The notes beneath the pieces are model-generated. The model ran no database searches. It was not told where the DNA came from and saw only the letters and a list, made by a program, of their open reading frames with translations. A program made the position numbers and the translations under genes. A DNA stretch of 45,136 nucleotides from an uncultured bacterium (GTDB lineage Bacteria; CSSED10-310; CAZUFC01). The stretch is taken from assembly GCA_964619725.1 (NCBI GenBank), contig CAZUFC010000068.1:1-45136 (forward strand). The letters run 5' to 3'. Below, piece after piece: positions 39,556 to 45,136 of this stretch (position 1 is its first letter; every line of letters begins with the position of its first letter).

Positions 39556-40988
39556 AAAACATACTGGTACTCGGCATGTGTCCCCTTCCCGGAGACAACG
39601 AAACCCAAACCATAGGTCCGGGAAAAAGAACCTGGCAGTTCGTCAAAACGCTGCTCGATCACGGTCATCATGTCTGCCTCATCGCCAGCAGGCATAAAGG
39701 CGCCTACACGGAAAGAAAACATCCCCGCATTGCGGCGGAAACTCACGATTCCCTCATACGCTACACCGTAGACCAGGAAATATTTGAAAATAGAAAATGG
39801 ATACAGCATATCCACGATAACTTCAGACCCGACGTCGTTCTGGGCGCTACCGTTTATCCCTCCTATATCGCCTGCGGCCTCAATACCGATAAACCCATCT
39901 GGGCCGATCTCTTCGGACACATTATGGCTGAAGCGCAAACCAAATGCAGACTCTTCGACGACGATTTCTACCTCCTGAGATTCTGGAACTATGAACAAAG
40001 AGTCATCGATAAAGCCGATATATTCTCCGTCGTCTCAAATCCCCAATTGCAAGCCACCATTGGAGAACTCGGCATTAGAGGACGACTCAACAAACGATCC
40101 GCAGGTTACTCCTTCATCAGGCTCATACCCTGCGCCGTCGATCTCGAAGCCTACGACAAATTAAAAATTGATGATAATTCCGTGATTGACCTGGAATGCC
40201 AAGACGACGATTTCATCGTCTCCTGGAGCGGAGGCTATAATACCTGGACTGACGTCGAAACGCTCTTCTGTGCACTCGAAAACGCCATGGCTCAAAATAA
40301 CTCCATTAAATTCCTCTCCACTGGCGGGGCCATCGGAGGACACGATGAGTTCACATACCCCCACTTCCTGGAACTCATAAATGCCTCCGTCTGTCGTGAT
40401 AACTTCATCATGAAAGGATGGATTCCTCATGAACTCGTCCCCGCTCACTGGAGACGCTCACACGTCGGTATCAATATTGACCGTATGTCATACGAAGCCG
40501 TCCTCGGCTCTAGAAACAGAATACTCGATTGGATGGGCGTTAAACTTCCTGTAATAACCACTAAAGTCTGCGAATTAACTGAAATTATGGAAGAAAAAAA
40601 GCTGGGGCTTACCTTTGAACCCGAAAAAGCCGATGTTCTCACCAATCTCCTTCTCAACGCCGCTCGGGATAAAAATGAACTCAAACGCTACGCTGAACGT
40701 GCCTACCGATACGCGCAGGAAAAATTTACCTTTGAAGCCACCACACAGCCCCTTCTGGAATGGCTGGAAAATCCTGCAGCAGCGCCGGATAAAAACCGCA
40801 GAGTCGATCTCCCCGGCGCCGGCATAAAAAAAACCAGAATCCTCCGAAGCCACTATATCGCCTCATTGAGAAACACCTACATGAGAGAGGGTCCCATCGG
40901 CACCGTCAAGTGGGCTGTCGACAGGATCAAAGAGGAAATTATCCGAAGAAAAAAATTGATAAGGAAAGATTCCTCTTTCGGTTTTTGA
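39552..40988 (+). CDS. GT-B (GT4-like) glycosyltransferase, paralog of the upstream N-terminal domain
   Basis: ATGA overlap with upstream stop; DLFGHIMAEAQ, WSGGYNTWTD, RILDWMGVKLP. Confidence 0.88.
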   Translation: MKNILVLGMCPLPGDNETQTIGPGKRTWQFVKTLLDHGHHVCLIASRHKGAYTERKHPRIAAETHDSLIRYTVDQEIFENRKWIQHIHDNFRPDVVLGATVYPSYIACGLNTDKPIWADLFGHIMAEAQTKCRLFDDDFYLLRFWNYEQRVIDKADIFSVVSNPQLQATIGELGIRGRLNKRSAGYSFIRLIPCAVDLEAYDKLKIDDNSVIDLECQDDDFIVSWSGGYNTWTDVETLFCALENAMAQNNSIKFLSTGGAIGGHDEFTYPHFLELINASVCRDNFIMKGWIPHELVPAHWRRSHVGINIDRMSYEAVLGSRNRILDWMGVKLPVITTKVCELTEIMEEKKLGLTFEPEKADVLTNLLLNAARDKNELKRYAERAYRYAQEKFTFEATTQPLLEWLENPAAAPDKNRRVDLPGAGIKKTRILRSHYIASLRNTYMREGPIGTVKWAVDRIKEEIIRRKKLIRKDSSFGF

Positions 40989-41149
40989 CTTAATTCTCGC
41001 TTTGTGAGAATTATATTGCAGTTTTTTCTTAATCGGTTAAAATAAAAACTGTGCAGGGTTCGTCTGTGATGTACGAGGGGTAAGAGAGAATTGACGTCAA
41101 AGACGTGACAGGCATTTCATTTGTGTGAGTTAAAAACAGGGTTGTAAAA

Positions 41150-44100
41150 ATGAATAGGGGAACGTTTCCGGAGCTGCCGAAACATTTTGATATCCAGGAA
41201 TATATTGGACAGGGCGGAATGGGTCGGGTGTTTCTGGTTCATGATAAACAGAATGACCGTCAGGCAGCGGTAAAAGTTATTTTCGATCATCTGGCGTCTG
41301 AGATGGACAAGATACGTCGTTTCGACCGGGAGTACCGGTTCATGTTGCGTCTGTCTCATCCCAACGTCGTTCAGGTTTACGATTATGGGCGCACTAACGG
41401 TAAACCTTACATCGTAATGGAATACGTCAGGGGGAAAATTCTTTCTGAATGGATGAAATGGAATGGAGAACCGATTCACAGGCACATGAACAAAAAAGAG
41501 GTTCACAAGAAACTGGTTTCGGCCATGCTGCAGGTTCTCCAGGCTTTAAATTATATTCATTCGCTCAACATCATACACCGTGACGTCAAACCGGGAAACA
41601 TCATGGTCACGGAAGACGGAACGGCAAAAGTGATGGATTTCGGCGTAGCGCGTGACCTGTCGTCGAATTCCATGCTGACGGGCGAATTGATCGTTGGGTC
41701 TCCTGCTTATCTGTCTCCCGAAAAGATCAAAGGTTCGGCCCTGGGACCTGAATCCGATTTGTATGCTGTCGGAGTTCTTTTATATAAATTGTGCGTCGGA
41801 TGCATTCCCTTCGACGACGATTCAATGATCGAGATGGCGATGTCCCACATGCATAGAGCGCCCATGCCGGCGTTGGAATTGAATTCACAAATACCGGAAA
41901 CGCTCAACTGGATTATAATGAAACTTCTGGAAAAGGAACCGGAAAATCGTTTTCGCACCGCCGACGAACTGGCTGAAGTCATCAGACGCTGGATTCAAGG
42001 TAAGTCGGCCGATGCGCTGCTTCGGAAAGAGGAAATACAGAAAACCGTTACAGCGAAAAGAAGAATCTATCTCAGCGGCAGAGAGCGCAGGATTTACCGG
42101 GGTATCGTCCAGGATGCGCAGAACAGGAACCATATCGTCATTACAGGAGAACAGGGTATCGGAAAGACGACTCTGGCCGATTTTATGAAAACGGCAGCCC
42201 GGCAGGAAGGTTATGATGTTCTCTCCATTAACTGTCTCCGATACCCACTCAGCTCCTTCGACCTCCTGGGGAATCTGCTTTCCGGTCTATTCAAAAGAGC
42301 AGAAAAATATTTATCGGACGTTTTTGAGGACTTTTGCCGGCTGCATGGAGCGATCATCCAGAAACTCTTCCCAGCTTTTAACTTCAATGTTACAAGTTAT
42401 GATGCCCTTACCGGTTTCAGCGAGCTGTCCGGTCAGGAACATCGACGGTTTCTGTTCGATTCGCTGACCCATCTCATAAAAAGCTACACGGAAAAACGCC
42501 GCCTGGCCGTATTCATCGATAACTTTCAATGGGCGGACAGCGACAGCATAGACTTTTTCAATCACATTATGCAGAAGGTCAAACAATTCGGAAGAGCGTA
42601 CGCCCGGTCGTTTCTGCCTCCCCGGTTCTTCCTATGCATAGCCTGCCGCCTGGACAGCTCGGATGAACAAACCGAAGTCAAAAGGAAAATCGACCTTCTC
42701 CAACAGGAGTTTTCCTTTGTTCCCATTAAGCTGGAAAGACTGACCAAGACCCAGATACGAAATTTCCTCGTTGAACTGCTCGGTTCGGAAAATATTCCCG
42801 AAGCTCTGTTGAACAAAGTTATGAAAGAGTCTGAAGGAGTGCCGCTTTATATTCATGAAATGTTGAAGCAATACAAGGATGAAGGAGTTCTTGTCCCGAC
42901 TGAAAACGGCTGGCGTTTCAATCAGAAGATGTCGACTTCTTCGTTGACTGGAAAATTACGGGATATCCTGGACGAGCGCTTCCTCAAATTGACCGAAGAG
43001 CAAAAACGCTTGCTGGAATTCGCTTCAGTCATCGGACGCAGCTTTGACTTTGAAATGCTGAAGAAATTGTCGGGTATGGACGAGTCGCTGATGCTCGACC
43101 GCCTGGAGGAAGTCATTCTCGCCGGCATTATTGCTGAAAGAAGAGAAGCGGATGAATACCGGCTGGATTTCCATCACAGTAAATTCAGGGACTACTTTTA
43201 CGAAAACCTGCTGCGTGCTCGAAAACGAAAATTGCATCTTAAATTAGGACATATAGTCGAACGACAGTTCCAACATCAGAAGAATCCCGCTTACGCTTTT
43301 GCGGCCTTCCATTTCACCCAAGCCGGTAAATTTGATGCAGCAGTAGATTATTACCTTAAAGCAGGGAATTCCGCCAGGGCGAACCTGAGTTTCCATGAAG
43401 CCGTCGATTATTACAGGAAAGCTCACGACATCTTCATTAACAACAAAGAGAAATTCGAGTTCGATGAACAAAACGACCATGATAAGCGCCTTATCGCCAT
43501 CATGCATTCGCTGGGGGAAATGCTGCTTTTGGCAGGCAGGTTGAGCGAATCCAAAGAAATACTGGAAAATGCATTCGATATTCTCCTGCGTTCACCCAAA
43601 CCCGAAACACAACAGCAGGTGCAGCTCACTTTTGACCTGGGCGAACTCTACTATCGACTCGGAGAACGCACCCAGGCGGAAAAGATGCTGCTCAACGCCT
43701 ATTCATTGGTTGACGATACTGAAGAAAAAACATCCCTGGCTTCCGTATGCGAAAGCCTCGGTAAATTATACACGGAAGCCTCCGAATACGATAAAGCGGA
43801 AAAATACTGGGATAAAGCCCTCAAAATCAGCGATGAAATCCAGAACGACAGGTCCAAAATAAAAGCCCTGACCGGCAAAAGCTATCTGAATTACTTCAAG
43901 GGAAACATGGAGGCGGCCGAAAGCGAAATAAAGCAGGCGCATGAAATTGCTGAAAAAATGAATGATCCTCTCATAAAGGTCAATACGAAACATAATCTGG
44001 CGCTCGTTCTTTCCATGTTCGGACGATACGACGAAGCTTTTCCGCAGTTCCGGGAAACCGCAAGAATATATGAAAAATCTGGCATGTTGCTGGAACAATG

Positions 44101-45004
44101 TAATTCGAATCATAATATAGGAATAGCCTTGCATAAAACGGGAAAACTGCAGCAAGCTGAGACATACTTCAAAAAAGCGCTGAAGCTGGCGGAAAATATC
44201 GGAAGAAACTTCAGCATAGTGAGCTGCCATTATAGTCTTGCGTTGCTTTATACTGAATTGAGCCGCTACCGTGAAGCGATTGGAATGCTGCAAAAAGCGG
44301 AACAACTGAACGAAAAATACGGGTTCGCCGCACTGGAATTGCGTTTGTATAACCATTACGCCTTTATTCTCTACAGGATCGGGGACCTGGACCGGGCGGA
44401 GCTCAAGATAAAAGAAGGATTGAAAAAAGTAAAATCAGAAGCCGATACGCTGTTGCTTCACAAGCTTTACATCAATGCCTCGAAGATATATTACAAATTG
44501 AAAGAATTCGATCAGGCCGCCCGTTACCTGGAAAAGGCTGAGATGAAAGAGATTCCCGACAAGGACGATTGGGTAAGCTTGAATTCAGCATTCCATAAAG
44601 CCTATCGGAATGTCCTGGAAAAAAGGAATACCGATGAAATGGCAGAACTGTACCGCCTGTTCGATGAAATTAATCGAATATCAAATAAACGGCAGATGTT
44701 GCCGTCGGCATTCATGAAGGCTGAAGCCGAATATGCTGCGGGAAAATATGAAGAGGCGGCGAATTCGTTGATTTACGCATTGGAAGACGTCGACGATAAT
44801 AGGATTGATGATGTAACGAAAATGGAATTTTATGAGCTGACGGCAAGAGCCCTGGAAAAAACAGCCTCGAAAGAAGCAGAGAAGTATTATAAAAGAGCCG
44901 CTGAATTGATGAAAAAAATACAGTCGACTCTGAAAGATTCACCGTATGAAAAGCCTTTCCTGAAAAAACATCAGGTCAAAACGATTACAGACCGTGATCT
45001 TTAA
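41150..45004 (+). CDS. Ser/Thr protein kinase - STAND/AAA_16 ATPase - TPR protein
   Basis: IGQGGMGRV, AVK, HRDVKPGN, DFG, SPE; Walker A GEQGIGKT, Walker B VFIDNFQWAD, GVPLYI, ASVIGRSF; TPR-like helices. Confidence 0.93.
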   Translation: MNRGTFPELPKHFDIQEYIGQGGMGRVFLVHDKQNDRQAAVKVIFDHLASEMDKIRRFDREYRFMLRLSHPNVVQVYDYGRTNGKPYIVMEYVRGKILSEWMKWNGEPIHRHMNKKEVHKKLVSAMLQVLQALNYIHSLNIIHRDVKPGNIMVTEDGTAKVMDFGVARDLSSNSMLTGELIVGSPAYLSPEKIKGSALGPESDLYAVGVLLYKLCVGCIPFDDDSMIEMAMSHMHRAPMPALELNSQIPETLNWIIMKLLEKEPENRFRTADELAEVIRRWIQGKSADALLRKEEIQKTVTAKRRIYLSGRERRIYRGIVQDAQNRNHIVITGEQGIGKTTLADFMKTAARQEGYDVLSINCLRYPLSSFDLLGNLLSGLFKRAEKYLSDVFEDFCRLHGAIIQKLFPAFNFNVTSYDALTGFSELSGQEHRRFLFDSLTHLIKSYTEKRRLAVFIDNFQWADSDSIDFFNHIMQKVKQFGRAYARSFLPPRFFLCIACRLDSSDEQTEVKRKIDLLQQEFSFVPIKLERLTKTQIRNFLVELLGSENIPEALLNKVMKESEGVPLYIHEMLKQYKDEGVLVPTENGWRFNQKMSTSSLTGKLRDILDERFLKLTEEQKRLLEFASVIGRSFDFEMLKKLSGMDESLMLDRLEEVILAGIIAERREADEYRLDFHHSKFRDYFYENLLRARKRKLHLKLGHIVERQFQHQKNPAYAFAAFHFTQAGKFDAAVDYYLKAGNSARANLSFHEAVDYYRKAHDIFINNKEKFEFDEQNDHDKRLIAIMHSLGEMLLLAGRLSESKEILENAFDILLRSPKPETQQQVQLTFDLGELYYRLGERTQAEKMLLNAYSLVDDTEEKTSLASVCESLGKLYTEASEYDKAEKYWDKALKISDEIQNDRSKIKALTGKSYLNYFKGNMEAAESEIKQAHEIAEKMNDPLIKVNTKHNLALVLSMFGRYDEAFPQFRETARIYEKSGMLLEQCNSNHNIGIALHKTGKLQQAETYFKKALKLAENIGRNFSIVSCHYSLALLYTELSRYREAIGMLQKAEQLNEKYGFAALELRLYNHYAFILYRIGDLDRAELKIKEGLKKVKSEADTLLLHKLYINASKIYYKLKEFDQAARYLEKAEMKEIPDKDDWVSLNSAFHKAYRNVLEKRNTDEMAELYRLFDEINRISNKRQMLPSAFMKAEAEYAAGKYEEAANSLIYALEDVDDNRIDDVTKMEFYELTARALEKTASKEAEKYYKRAAELMKKIQSTLKDSPYEKPFLKKHQVKTITDRDL

Positions 45005-45082
45005 TGGGGTCCAATCGCAATAAATAACTACCAGGAGCTGCATTTTGATTTTATCAGATTGTCAAAGCTTCCTTGCCTTATC

Positions 45083-45136
45083 TAGCGCCTGTCCATAAAC
45101 TCGAATCTCGATTCAAAATTTAATGCTGGACAGCCA
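45083..45136 (+). mobile_element. Family B element, copy 3, truncated by window end
   Basis: TAGCGCCTGTCCATAAACTCGAATCTCGATTCAAAATTTAATGCTGGACAGCCA. Confidence 0.8.

Noticed and set aside
45057-45070. ATTGTCAAAG similar to the family A tail
   Set aside because: Only about 9 nt match; chance level.

Overview
A 45 kb stretch of bacterial chromosome from a probably Gram-negative, anaerobic lineage. The Pro/Thr-linker plus C-terminal-domain proteins remind me of candidate phylum CSSED10-310, but that is recollection and unverified. Housekeeping genes (beta-CASP nuclease, glnS, alpha2-type glyQS, plsY, MscS, nfeD-stomatin) are mixed with many envelope genes: LysM and other lipoproteins, two GT-C-fold membrane glycosyltransferases, a TraF/PorV-like beta-barrel, a sulfatase-superfamily enzyme, a VWA protein, a methyltransferase-coiled-coil/GT4-GT2/GT4 operon, and a kinase-STAND-TPR regulator. 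I recognised no tRNA, rRNA, CRISPR array, transposase or phage gene. Most notable: (1) two unrelated secreted proteins end in a Pro/Thr linker plus the same ~115-aa C-terminal domain and flank a GT-C gene, a candidate lineage-specific surface sorting/glycosylation system; (2) at least four families of short dispersed non-coding repeats cluster in a few intergenic regions, two of them at the window ends; (3) an orphan 64-aa NrdD glycyl-radical-domain protein; (4) an HPD-less J-domain-like gene coupled to plsY-nfeD-stomatin; (5) sharp kb-scale reversals of G/C skew. All family assignments come from motif recognition by eye, not database searches.
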